NCBI GenBank assembly: GCA_037447605.1
Contig: CM074812.1
Span: 3,038,001 to 3,102,000, forward strand
Source of the DNA: Zygnema circumcarinatum SAG 698-1b
Lineage: Eukaryota > Plantae > Zygnematophyceae
Direction: 5' to 3'
Length of the DNA stretch: 64,000 bases
This document shows, piece by piece, positions 38,792 through 54,146 of this stretch (position 1 is its first letter; every line of letters starts with the position of its first letter). The notes below the pieces were generated by a model. It ran no database searches and was not told the origin of the DNA. It saw only the letters and a program-made list of their open reading frames with translations. The position numbers and the translations under genes are program-made.

Positions 38792-39520
38792 TGTTGAGAT
38801 CCGTACAATCGTACAGTGAGTCGTACGGAACGTTTGTTCGGATATTGTGTACGGAATTGTACGAGCTGCGTAACACGTGTTGAGTGCTTAGGAAGTAGAT
38901 AATGAATCCCAAGACCTTTGATGCATTATGGTTTGTGTTGTTCATCATATTTATGCATTTTGGCTGAGGAGTTTTAGGAAGGGGCAGAGATATAAGACTG
39001 CGTGTTTTGTGTGTCTTTGCTAACTTGAGCTTTGAGGAAAGCATAGGATGCTGAGCTCTTGTTAAGTTTTGGAATAAAGCTTTTGCGGATATATGTTCTA
39101 CTCCTTGGATGCTTGAGATTGTTGAACATGTCTAAGAAAGGAAAGGCCCACAAAGCTGAGATGGATGATAGTGAGAGAGACAAAGGCTCCAGTTCTACAA
39201 GTGGTATCAGAGCGTCAGGAGATGACGATATAGGGAAATACTTAGTTACTTTGTTTGATGGGACGAACTACCTTTCTTGGAGCTTAAAATCCTGGAAGAA
39301 GGCTGTGTTGGAAGCAAAAGAGTTGATGGAATTGGTGGATGATGCTTGAAGCCACACCGGACAAGGAGAAAAGAGCCCAAGGAGTTTTGCAAGTTGGAAG
39401 AAAGCGGTAACAAAAGCCTTAATACTCTCTTCCATGAAATCCCCTCACGGACTAGCACTTAGAGGACTAACTGCAGCAGAAATGTGGACGAAGCTCCAAA
39501 ACATTTACTCTGCAAAAACT
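38792..39520 (+). mobile_element. Second Ty1/copia relic: LTR, PBS and gag N-terminus, truncated by gypsy 3
   Basis: TGTTGAG..CTACA LTR (38792-39199); TGGTATCAGAGC at 39202-39213; LFDGTNYLSWS and AAEMWTKLQNIY copia gag motifs with an in-frame stop. Confidence 0.75.
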
Positions 39521-39529
39521 TGACACAAG

Positions 39530-42225
39530 GGATAGCGGTGTATGCAGGGCTTATGTGGCCTTCTGATCCTTACAGGAGGTATACTTAGAGGCGGCGCTCC
39601 GTCCTAAGTACTCTCTGCCCGGCGGGCAGTGGCCAGGCGTTTGAGGACCACCTAGGACGAGGAAGGGTCACGGGATGCGGCGTTCTGCCCGAGGTTGCAG
39701 GGTTCGATGCGGCCGGTGTCTTTGAGACATATATGTATGCGTCGCCCGTGTGGTCGAGGATCCGCGGAATCCCGACCACATCTCGCTACGTTTTGGAGCG
39801 TAACGTCGTCGATACAATACGGGACACTGTTGTTGATGCAGACGGTACGGCGGTCGAATCAGCGCGCGTAGGATCAGCGTGCACTGGCGTCGCGGCGGCG
39901 CGCGTCGCGGCGCCACGCGCCCGGCGGAATCGCATTGGCGTTAAATGCGTTAGCCCCACACCTACGACCCATTGGTGAGAGAACCGTGTGATGCGCCATT
40001 GGGGCGGCCACACTTCCAATCCTCCATGCTGGTAGGAGGTTCGACGGGGGAAGCGTAAAGAGGCGTGGGTGACTGTCGTCACCCAACCAACGTACCGGCA
40101 TTCGGTTGCACCCCTGACCAGGGCTGCGCCACTCTCTGAAGCTCTCGCTCTTGCTCCCGCCCTCTCGCTGAACTCTGAGTGCTGGTGTGTTATTCCGCGC
40201 AGGCTGAAGGAGTTAGATTTCAGCCGTGACATTTGGTATCAGAGCCGCGTTGCGGCCTTCTCTTTTGACAGAGAACCTGCGGGTCATGGTGACCACTTTC
40301 GCCCGGGCGAGGAGGACCCCGGGGCCCTGGGGCGCCCGCCTCCACCTGTCCCCGGGCGAGGTGATGGAGAGGAAGGCTTTCGAGCTAGCGGCCCTCCCAT
40401 GGAGGGGGCCCGATCCCAAAACACGGATGACCAAAGACCATCCGGTGGCTAACACCCACTCAGCGCCACTTTGGAGCGTTGGCTCGGTAGAATCCTCGAT
40501 CCCATGATGGGGCCCACATCACCGGTGGTGGCGTCCACGAATGAAGAAGAGGATGGGCAATTGGGGGCCCGGATGTAAGGGAAGCGGCCTTCGCCACCAT
40601 GGCACATGCGGCGGTGGGCGACATGGGCTTCAGCTGATCGCGCTTTGGTGGACGCGCTCCAAATGGGTTTCGGGGCCTTCCGGGCGAGCTCCGGAGGGTC
40701 GAAGGTATGCCCCGAACCCAATTTTGTAGAGGCGGTAGATGCGGCGGGTCACGAGGGGCGGGAGTTGGCGCCACCACACCCGATGCGTCGTCTGTCGGGC
40801 GCTGACGGTACCCGAGCGGCCGGCGGTATCGAGACCTGGTTTTCCGCGGGGAGTGCACCCTGAGGGTGGCGAACCCTGCTTGATGGGGACCCCGTCGAGA
40901 AATTTCTTTGAGGAAGCGAGGAGGAGATCCCGATCGCAGGCTGCTCCTCACTAACCCTCTCTTGCGAGGATGCACATGAATCGGGCCAAGAGTGGCCCAG
41001 CTTTTCCTTACAGGGCGAACATCCCTACATGGGGCTAGCTGGAATTGGCTGATGTAGTTGGAATCAAGCGAAGAGGCTACCTTACTGGCGACCAATGTCC
41101 CCCCCTCGATTAAGGTAGCTTTGCTTACCCGGCCTCGAAGGAGCATAAGTGTGTATGAGGGCACTGATGAGATTGGGGGCGATTGGGATAAGGAGATGAA
41201 CTTATCAAACACTTTGGGGCCACGGATCAAGGCTGGAGGCCGGGATGAATTTGGTATGGTCCCCGAAGCGGTGTCGGCGTTTAAGGACACAAGTCAAGAA
41301 GTGGTGCCTCAAATCACCAGCTGTGGCTTTGGGCAGTGAGTTCTTTTCCGCCGGGGATAAAGCGAAGCCACACACGAGGAAGCGACTAAGAACAACCCGC
41401 GGACTTTGAAACCGTGGGACCCCGCTGACTCTGAGCTGTACTTTGATGCAGCCATTCAGTTGGACACCGCCCTTGCAGGCGATGTAGGTCCTTCCCGACC
41501 CCAGCAGAGGTCGGGCGACGTGACAGGGTCGTGGAAGGCGGGACCCTCCGCTCCTGCCAGGATGGCAGGAAAGAACAAGCGGAAGCAGCCGGAAGTGACT
41601 GCCCGTCCACCCACTGCACGGCCGCAGAAGTTGACTCTAGAGGAAATGGAAATCTGGCCGGGGAGAGCAAGTGTTTCGGCTGCCCTTGGGAGGGCACCAA
41701 GGCAGGATTGCCCTCTCGACACGAGGACAAGAAGGGCAAGGGGGCGGAAAAACCCCAAACCACAGCCGGTTTAGGGGTGGATTCTTTGGTGGACATGTAA
41801 ATTTAGGGGAGGGAATGGGGCGCCATCAAGGATAAAAAGACTCTTGTTTCTTTAGAACCACGGACATTCTTAGCGGGTGGGGCCTTTGGGGTACAAGATC
41901 TTTGTGTTTGATGTACTCCCTTCTTCCATTTCTCTTTCCCCTGCCACTGTAGTGACTCCTCCTGGGTTTATGGATGTGGTGATGCATGGTCAATGGACTG
42001 TGTTTATCCTCAATGTCATGGGTAATGATGTCTTGGTGAATTGTGCCATGAATGCCATGCATGTCATGCGGGACACATCCCATATCCTTGCGCTGCATGT
42101 GCTGGTTCCTCAGCACATGGCAGTTCGCACCTTTCCAGGCGCCACTTGGCGGCTGGTGAAACAGTTGAGGAAAGGGCACAAGTTTGTGCAAGAGATGGAA
42201 GGATCACCGAACTGCTGGATTTGGA
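39530..42225 (+). mobile_element. Ty3/gypsy element 3 (5' LTR, PBS, gag), cut by the 100-N gap
   Basis: LTR ends CAGCCGTGACA at 40231, then PBS TGGTATCAGAGC at 40234-40245; LTR and gag are similar to gypsy 1 and 2; degenerate knuckle at ~41670-41715. The left boundary is approximate. Confidence 0.8.
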
Positions 42226-42325
42226 NNNNNNNNNNNNNNNNNNNNNNNNNNNNNNNNNNNNNNNNNNNNNNNNNNNNNNNNNNNNNNNNNNNNNNNNNNN
42301 NNNNNNNNNNNNNNNNNNNNNNNNN

Positions 42326-45939
<3,614 letters not shown>

Positions 45940-47427
45940 CTCTCTCTATCTTCCCCCCTCTCCTTCTCCTTCTTCCTAACTCTCACACTCTCTCTGTAGG
46001 ACGAGCAGCCCGTAGGCTAATTTTCCACATTGATAAGAAGAGAAAGTTTTGGTTAAGGTGTGCGAAATAAGGTAAAAATAGGAAAGGGAAGGGGCGGAAA
46101 TGAAGGGGATTTGGAGTGGGTGGGTGGGTGGGTGGGAGGGAGGGAGCGGGGGAGAGGCAGCGGGAGAGGGAGAGTGAGTGGGAGAGGGAGAGAGAGGGCG
46201 GGAGAGTGGGAGGGGGAGAGAGAGAGGGCGAGAGGGAGGGAGGATAGAGGGAGGGAGAGGGAGAGAAAGAGTGCGGGAGTGAGGGAGGGAGAGAGAGATG
46301 GAGAGAGAGGGAGGGAAGGTGAGAGAGAGGGAGAGGAATATAGAGAGAGGGCGGGAGGGAAGGAGGGAGGGAGGGAGGGAGCGACAGAGAGACAAAGGAC
46401 AGAGTGGTAGTGGGAGAGGGATGGAGGGAGGGAGGGGGGGAAAGAGGGAGGGAGGGCGGGAGGGAGGGAAGGAGAGAGAGATAGAGAGAGAGAGAGGGAA
46501 AGAGGGCGATGGGAGAGAGTGAGTGCGCCGAGCAGTGTCAGGCAGCGTACAGTAACGAGGGCGAGATTCTGACCGCGTTGCACGGCATGTTCATGCACTA
46601 AGGCCAAATAGAAGCGACGTGAACGACACGTGGCGGATTGTGATTGGTTTGAACATTATAGCAAATGTGCGTGGTCACTTGTTACAAGGAGCTGTTTGGC
46701 GGCTTTTGCAGCGGCTGACAATCTACGTGTACGGTTCGTACGAGCATGTTTGGTCTCCCTATAATGAACTGTACGATCTTGTACAGAATCCACCTTGACT
46801 TCGGCTCTCGATGTACGGCGTTTCGCCACCCAGTTGTCGCCTTCCTATCTATCCAGCTGGTACGTTTGTCGCTAGGGCGGGTCATACGTCACGGCCGCCC
46901 GCCCGTGCCATCGGTACTGTACAAACAAAGGTTCTGACGGTACGGAACGTTACTGCCGCCCGACGCGCAGCCGTACGACTGAGGCGCTTGGGACGATATC
47001 GTTGACGATATTTTGATATCGTTGATGATATTGCGATATCGTTGAGGCTATCGAGATAGCGTTCAAGGACATCGAAATACCGTTGCAGGATATCTGGATA
47101 TCCTTCATGACGTTGAGATATCGTCGGCGTATCGGCTGCATTGGACAGAAGCTGCCGGCGTCGCTGTCTTCGCCGTTAGTTTTTTGAGGGATCCGTTTTC
47201 TAGTTGCAGTTCTACGTTTTCGCGTTGCTTTCCAGTTCGTCTGTACAGTAAATCGCCAAACACCCCATGGTCACGACAAAATAGCTGGCGTCAGCAGAAA
47301 CCGCTGAACTCGAACCCTAACAGGGCCACATGTGAAGCGTGCAACCGCCTTTAACCCTAACCCTAAACCCTAACTCCTAAACCCTAAACCCTGATTATTA
47401 AAACCCTAAACCCTTCGAGGCGGAGCC

Positions 47428-50272
47428 ATGGCTGCCGAGATGCGGCTGAGCGCCACGTGGCAGGTCGAGAGGGGGTCGCTGCAGGGAGCCGTGCTTCTCC
47501 GGGCCGGCCTTAGGGCTGACATGGCGGCGCCACGTGGCGCTCGCTTATTGGTCCTCCGCAGAGGGGAGGACGCCTCGCCGTGTGAGGTCACCGGTGCGTC
47601 ACGTCACGTCACATTTAAACCCTATTTTTTCTCAAACTATTATTTTCTTAGAAAATTCTTTTTCACTTTTCCCTTAAAACCCCTTTTTTAGAGTGTTTTG
47701 GAAAAATCCTGAAAACCCGCTTTGAACATAAAGAATTTTTCAAAATTTAAGGTTGTTTCCTGGGTTTTCCCCCGGCGGGGGGGGGGGGGGGGGGGGGGNN
47801 NNNNNNNNAGAGAGAGAGAGGGAGAGAGAGAGGGAAGGGGGGAAGGGAGACGGAAAGAGAGAGAGGGAGGGAGAGAGAGAGAGGGGGAGGGGAAGAGAGA
47901 AAGGGGGAGGGGGAGAGAGAGAGGGAGCGGGAGAGAGATAGAGGGAGAGAGAGAGGGAGAGGGGGAAAGAGATAGAGGGAGAGAGAGAGAGGGAGGGAGA
48001 GAGGGAGGGAGGGGGTGAGAGGGAGCGGGAGAGAGATAGGGAGAGAAAGAGGGAGGAAGAGAGGGGGGAGAGAGAGAGGGTGCGGGAGGGAGATAGAGGG
48101 AGAGAGAGATTGGGACGGGGAGAGAGAGAGGACGCGGGAGAGAGATAGAGAGAGAGGGAGGGAGAGTGAGGAGGAGGGAGAAAGAGGGTGCGGGCGAGAG
48201 AGAGGGAGATAGAGTGGAGAGAGAGTGGGGGAGAGAGAGCGAGAGAGGAGCGGGAGCGAGAGAAAGAGGGAGGAGAGAGAGTGGGGGCGGGAGAGAGAGG
48301 GGAGGCAGAGTGGAGAGAGGGAAGAAGGGACAGAGATAGAGAGAGAGTGGAGAGAGTGTGAGAGCGAGGACGAGAGAAAGCGAGAAGAGTGTGATTTGAA
48401 AAGTGAAACCTGTACTTCTGAACCCTTCTCTCCCTCTTTCTCTCTTACTTCCTAATCTATTTCCTTCGATTTTTTCCTTCAACTTTTTTTTTTTCAGTTT
48501 CTTTTGAAGACCATCACTTTCTGCTTTCAAGTGTGACCGTTCGAAGTTCAGCTCGTTCCGTTGAGGTTTACGGAAAACCGTGGAACGGCCGCGAAATGGA
48601 GTACATGTGCACTGTGAAGGGAGGGCCTCTCTCTACTGATGGAGCGGCTCAACTGCTGGAATGGAAGGAGAGAGAAGAGGCTCCCTTAAGGGAGGGGCGA
48701 GAGAGGGAGAGGGAGAGGGGGAGGGAAGGGGAGAGGGAGAGGGAGATGGAGAGGGAGAGGGAGAGGGAGAGGGAGAGGGAGAGGNNNNNNNNNNAGAGGG
48801 AGAGGGAGGGGGAGGGGGAGAGGGAGGGGAGGTCTGTAGGAGGTAGAGTTGAAGTTGAAGAGATTCAAATAGAGAAGGAAGGATGCAGGGGTGAGGGAAT
48901 GGAGGAAGTTGGAGAGGGTGAGGGAGAGGGCTGTGGGAGAGGAGGGGTAGGAGGAAGGGATGGTGTCGGTGGAGGAGGAGAAAGAGAAGGAAGGCAGGAA
49001 GGGAGGAGTGGGATGGAAGGAGGGGGAGGGGGAGGGGGAGGAGAAGGGAGAGGGGAGGGAAGTGGAGGAGGGAGAGGAGTGGTAGATGAATGTAGGGAGG
49101 TAGTTGGAGGTAGTTGTGAAGAAACTAGAAGAATATGGGAGCTCACAGAGGGGGCGAGAGAGAACGTGGGAGAGGAGGAGAAGGGGGAGAGGGAGAGAGG
49201 AGAGGGAGGAGGAAGAGGTGGAGAAGGAAGCGACGAGGAGGAAAAGGGAGGAGTAGAAGGGGAAGTCCGGAAAGGAGATAGAATAGAAGGGAGAGCGGGA
49301 GTAGGAGTATCCCAAGGAGTGGGAGGAGAGGGAGGAGAAGTGAGAGGGAGTGGAGAGGGAGGAGGAGAAGAGAGAGGGAGAGGAGAGGGAGGAGGAGAAG
49401 AGAAAGGGAGAGGAGGGGGAGAAGGAGTAGAGAGAGGGAGAGGAGAGGAAGGAGGAGTAGGACCCCTCTCAGAATTTTCCCTTACTTTTTATGAAGCCCG
49501 AAAAAGAGTCGAAAAATTGGAGCCTCTCTCAGAGGTGAAATTCAAACTGCTCTCTCTCACAGATAAGACAAAAGCCGAGATTCTCTCAATCACTATGGAA
49601 GTGACACGTGGCCCCCCCAGATTGGCTGTTCCCTTCACAGCTCTCCCCCCATTGGTCGACCGTTCGAGCCTTCCTATTGGAGGAGGAGGTTCCCTCAATT
49701 CCTTAATGGGGCTGTTAAGGGGCGGGCTGCCTCAGACTGGTAATGAAGGGTCTATTTTTGTAAATAAAAATATTCCGAATTTGAATTCGAATTCGAATTC
49801 AAATCTTCCTTTTCCTTCATCGGGTTTTTCGGAGATCTTAAATATGGCAAATGTGAAATTTGGGGGACCCAATTTTGATGTTGAGGCTTTGAGGCAGGCA
49901 GCCATGGCTGCTATCACGGAAAACGGAGAACGGAAAACGGAAACTGAGGGAGGCGCATGGAACGGGGGAGGGAGAGCGGCTTCCGTTACGGAAAACGGAG
50001 AACGGAGAGCGGAAACGGTAAGGGAAACAGCCACATGGAACGGGGGAGGGATTTCTGAAATTGGAAGGAAAGAAGGGGAGAAATTTGACATAGGAGAGGA
50101 GGATAGAACGGCGGGCAGGCTAGAGAAAATTTTGGATAGGCTCGGGCAGCTCGAAAGTATTTGTTTGAGGATGGAAAGGTCGATGGAAGCGAAATTTGGA
50201 GCGTTGGATTCGAGGATCCAACGGCTTGAATTGCACGCGGGCAGAGCGCTTGGAATAAATTTTGGCACTTAA
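47428..50272 (+). CDS. At5g47940-like / C10orf88 (PAAT)-like protein
   Basis: Exon 1 47428-47593 (SATWQVERGSL...SPCEVT), exon 2 from 48498 (VSFEDHH..VTVRSSARSVEVY..EYMCTV), then FYEA..EP...KLLSLTDK and a C-terminal coiled coil LGQLESICLRME..IQRLE. These match the plant family as recalled, not searched. The status of the GA-rich 48660-49470 stretch is uncertain (N gap). Confidence 0.72.
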
Positions 50273-50734
50273 AAAAATAAACTTCCTTTGTTTATTTTTC
50301 TCTTTGTTTCAAAATCGAATCGAAAGTCAGAATTGGGGCTATTTTCATATCTCAAATTTCAAAGAAAATAAAAATAAAAAATTATTATTAAAAAAATTAT
50401 TGAATGTTAAAATGATACTGCACCCCCTATTTTTTTGGATATCCCACCCCCATTTTTGAAAAATTTGTCCGCCCGTTTTGGTTATCTCACCCCCCCTTGT
50501 TTGGATATTTCACCCCCTTATTTTGGATATCCCACCCCCCCCCCTGCTTGATAAGCAAACCAGGCAACCATGCCACAACTTAAGAACTTGCCTTAATTAG
50601 GGTGTCTACAATCCTAACCTCAAAACAAAGAGTAACGGTTGCTCCACAACAGTGATCTTTTGCGGTTGCTTTTAAGGCTTCGTTTGTGCGCTTAGGCCTA
50701 GTTTAGTTTAGTTTAGTTTTTTTAGTTTTCTCCT

Positions 50735-50822
50735 CTTAGCTTCTTTCTTTTGTGCTTAGGTCCTTTGCGACCAGTTTCTTGCGGTTACCCATGTTGATTT
50801 CGTCCATGTACATTTGATGGCC
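50735..50822. repeat. Dispersed ~90-bp repeat, copy 2
   Basis: Matches 10530-10617; preceded by a (GTTTA)n run. Confidence 0.7.
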
Positions 50823-51350
50823 TCGCCATTGTGAGATCAATGCAAATCCCCTTTTCTTTTGTTGCACAATATTGGAAGTCAGTAATGAAAAGGAGAAAAG
50901 AGGGGGGGGGGTATCCAAAATAGGGGGTGGAATATCATTTTCCTAAAAAAAACATTTTTTTTTTTTGTTCTTCCACGTCCTCAAAAAGTACAAAACAACT
51001 TCGAAAATACAAATTTCAAGTTCCAAATTTCAGTAGTCTGATTTATGATTGTACAAACATAGGCCCCTAGGGGGGGGCTTTAGGACCTCTACAAATTTAG
51101 GGTTTCAGAGTTCTAGGAGTTTTAGGGCCTATTTTTTTTAGGATTTCAGGGTTTAAGGATGTTAGATTAAAAATTAGGGTTTTGCGGCCCCCGGAAGAAG
51201 CAAGACTCTGCCAACCGCTGAGAAACGCTCTCGTCCTCTCTCCGAACGAAACGAAAAAAGGAAAAAAAAAAATTGTCTCCGAAAAGGGACGACCGGATTT
51301 CTCACTGCGGCTGTCAGCCAGCTTTGCTGCTTCTGCTGACCCCCCTCCCC

Positions 51351-51381
<31 letters not shown>

Positions 51382-52029
51382 TCTCATTCTCTCTCTCTCC
51401 CTCACTCTCTCACTTTCCCTCTCTCCCCATCACTCTCACTCTCTCTCTCCCTCTCTCCGTCTCCCACTCCCTCTCTCACTCGCTCTCTCCCTCTCTCCCT
51501 CTTTCTCACTCTCACACTCGCTCTCTCCCTCTCTCCCTCCCTCCCACTCCCTCACTCTCTCACTCTCACTCACTCCCTCGCTCTCTCTCACAGTGGCTCT
51601 CTCCCCTCCCTCTTTCTCTCTCTCCCTCTCCCTCAGTGGCTCTCGCCCCCCCTCCTCTCTCGTCCTCTCTCCACTCTCTCTCTGTGACTCTCACTCTCTC
51701 TCTCTCTCACTCTGTGACTCTCACACTCTCTTTCTCTCCCTCTTCCTTTCTCCTTCTCTTCCTCTCCCTCCCCCTCTCCCACCCCTTCCCAACGCAAACC
51801 ACTGCTAGTACTCCCGCCGCTTCTAACGGCTACATTTCTATCTGGAATTGATTTTATATGTACATGGAACCAACTGTATAGCGTGGATGCCGCAAAATTT
51901 ACCAAATTCAAACTATATAGAAACGGCACTTCCAAATGACACGTCACTTCTTTTCTTTCAGCTGACCGGCAGACCAGCGGAACGGAAAAGAATTTTTTTT
52001 TCTCTTTTTGTGAAAGCCTGAAAAAAAAA

Positions 52030-53859
52030 TCATTTTCGGGCTCCCTTCAATAGTGCGCGAAGAGCTTCCATTCGCAACGCCACGTCAGCATCCTCACCGT
52101 TATTCGAGAGTCTGCCCGGAAAAGTATTGGACGAGCTGCCCGACCGAGCGGGCACAGAAAAGTGTCCAAACTTCAAAGGTGATGACGTTGGAAACGGTCG
52201 GAGGTTTACCGTCGAAGCAGACGATGACGTCACCAAGCTGCCGTTGTAATTCGAACTCAAATTTGAGCCCAATTTGATACCAGAAGCTGGGACCAAATTT
52301 GCAATATTTTGTTTCCGCTCAAAATTTTCAGCCTGCCCGGTAACCTGCCCGAACTTATTTGCTAACTGAGGCCAATCCGCCGCAAGGAACGACAGCAAGG
52401 ACGGATTCTTCTGTGCCACGTCAGCAAGTGCCACGTCATCCAGCTTCCTCTTGCCACGTGTCGCGATCTCCGCATTTGGCACCGGTTTCTTCGGAACCGA
52501 CATTTGTCGCGACTCGCCGCCGCGCAGAGTCGACAGTAAGGACGGAATCGTCCGGTGGAGAAAGCTCGGCGCCAACGCTGATCCATGTGGTGACAATTCA
52601 AGTCCAGTTGCGGTTCCAGTTCCAGTTCCAAATCTAGTTTCAGTTCCAGTTCTAGTTCCAGTTCCAGTTTTAGTTCCAGTTCCTGTTAGAGTTCCAGTTT
52701 TAGTTCCCATAAAAGCGTTCCCTGTAACGGGACTCCAACGCTGTTGCTGCAGCAGTTCTTCCAAATTTTTCGGTTTCCGTGTGTCACGTGGCGCCTCCTT
52801 ATTGGCTGAAGCCGCCGACAAAACGGCCAGATACGACGGAAGAAGAGCCAATAGGCGGTCGTTACTTCCAGACTTTTCGGCTGCCCGAACTGGAAACTTT
52901 TGCATGGGAACTGACGTGACGTCTCGTGATTGGTGAAGCTTCTCCCAAGAGTCAACGATCTGCGACGAAAATTTTCCCTTCGAGACATCGGCGGCAGTTT
53001 TTGGCCGTTTCGCCCGCGGAGGTTCCGACAATGACATGGAACCCGTTCTGGAGTACTCAGTTCCGTTAAAATGAGAAGAGGACACATGGGAACGGGAGGG
53101 AATTTCAGAAAGAGCGTCGAATCCGTTGAACTGAGAAGCACGGGACGGGGAGGAGGATGTCGGTGAGGGTGACGTGGCAGTCGCTGATTGGAGGAAAGGG
53201 ACGTCGGTGGAGGAGGGACTGGGGGAGCCGTATCCGAGGTAGGGCGATTGAGGGATGGTATCAAAGGACTGAAATGGAGAGAGAGAGAGAGAGAGAGAGG
53301 GAGAGGGGGGGAGAGAGAGAGGGGGAGAGAGGGGGAGAGAGGGAGAGGGAGAGAGGTAGAGCGAGAGAGAGAGAGGGGGAGAGAGAGGGTGAGAAGAGAG
53401 AGAGAGGGGAAGAGAGGGAGAGAGGGGGAGAGAGAGAGAGCCGGATGTACATAGAACATAGATTAGTTCAAAAAAATTCAAAAATATATATAGAAAAAAA
53501 GATATAAACCAGAAACCACAAACTACAAACCACGAAACCAAAATTGCCTTTTTTTTTATATAATAAGTAAAAATGTATTCGAGACAGTTATTATTATTTT
53601 TCAAAGTTAAAACATGTCTTACAATTTTATATTCTTTCTAAAAAAAAAAAAAACTCAAATGATCTCGTTATGGGAAGGGGTTACAAACCTCAAACGGGTC
53701 GATCAAGTTGGGGATTGACGTCACACTGGTTGGCAATTTGAAATCACTGACGTCAGCAAAAGAAAGCATGTCGAAGGTGGGGGAGACGGACGAGTAGGCG
53801 AAGAGGTCAGGCGTTGACCCGAAGTCAACGCAATGATTGCCGGACAGGGTGTCCGCCAT
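52030..53859 (-). CDS. Unrecognised Ser/Thr/Pro-rich, probably disordered protein, ~469 aa
   Basis: Exons 53859-53689 (ATG directly after a TTGCAG acceptor; GAG|GT donor) and 53268-52030 (TTTCAG acceptor, phase 0, 1239-nt non-repetitive open frame). A possible upstream UTR exon donor lies at ~54838. Confidence 0.65.
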
Positions 53860-54082
53860 CTGCAACACATGGAAAAACAGAACTGTGAGCGGAACAGCGA
53901 CATGGAAACGGAGGTGAACGGTGGGGATTGGGGAGTGGGGGGGGGGAAGAGGGAGGGGTGGAGGGAGGGAGAGAGAGGGGGTAGAGAGGGAGAGGGGGAG
54001 AGACGGGTGGAGGGAGAGAGGGGGGGTAGAGAGGGAAAGGGGGAGAGAGAAGTGGAGGGAGAGAGGGGGGGGNNNNNNNNNN

Positions 54083-54146
<64 letters not shown>

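Noticed and set aside
41826-42191. His-rich antisense ORF in gypsy 3
   Set aside because: The homologous frame in gypsy 2 has a stop, and substitutions are more often synonymous in the opposite (sense) frame.
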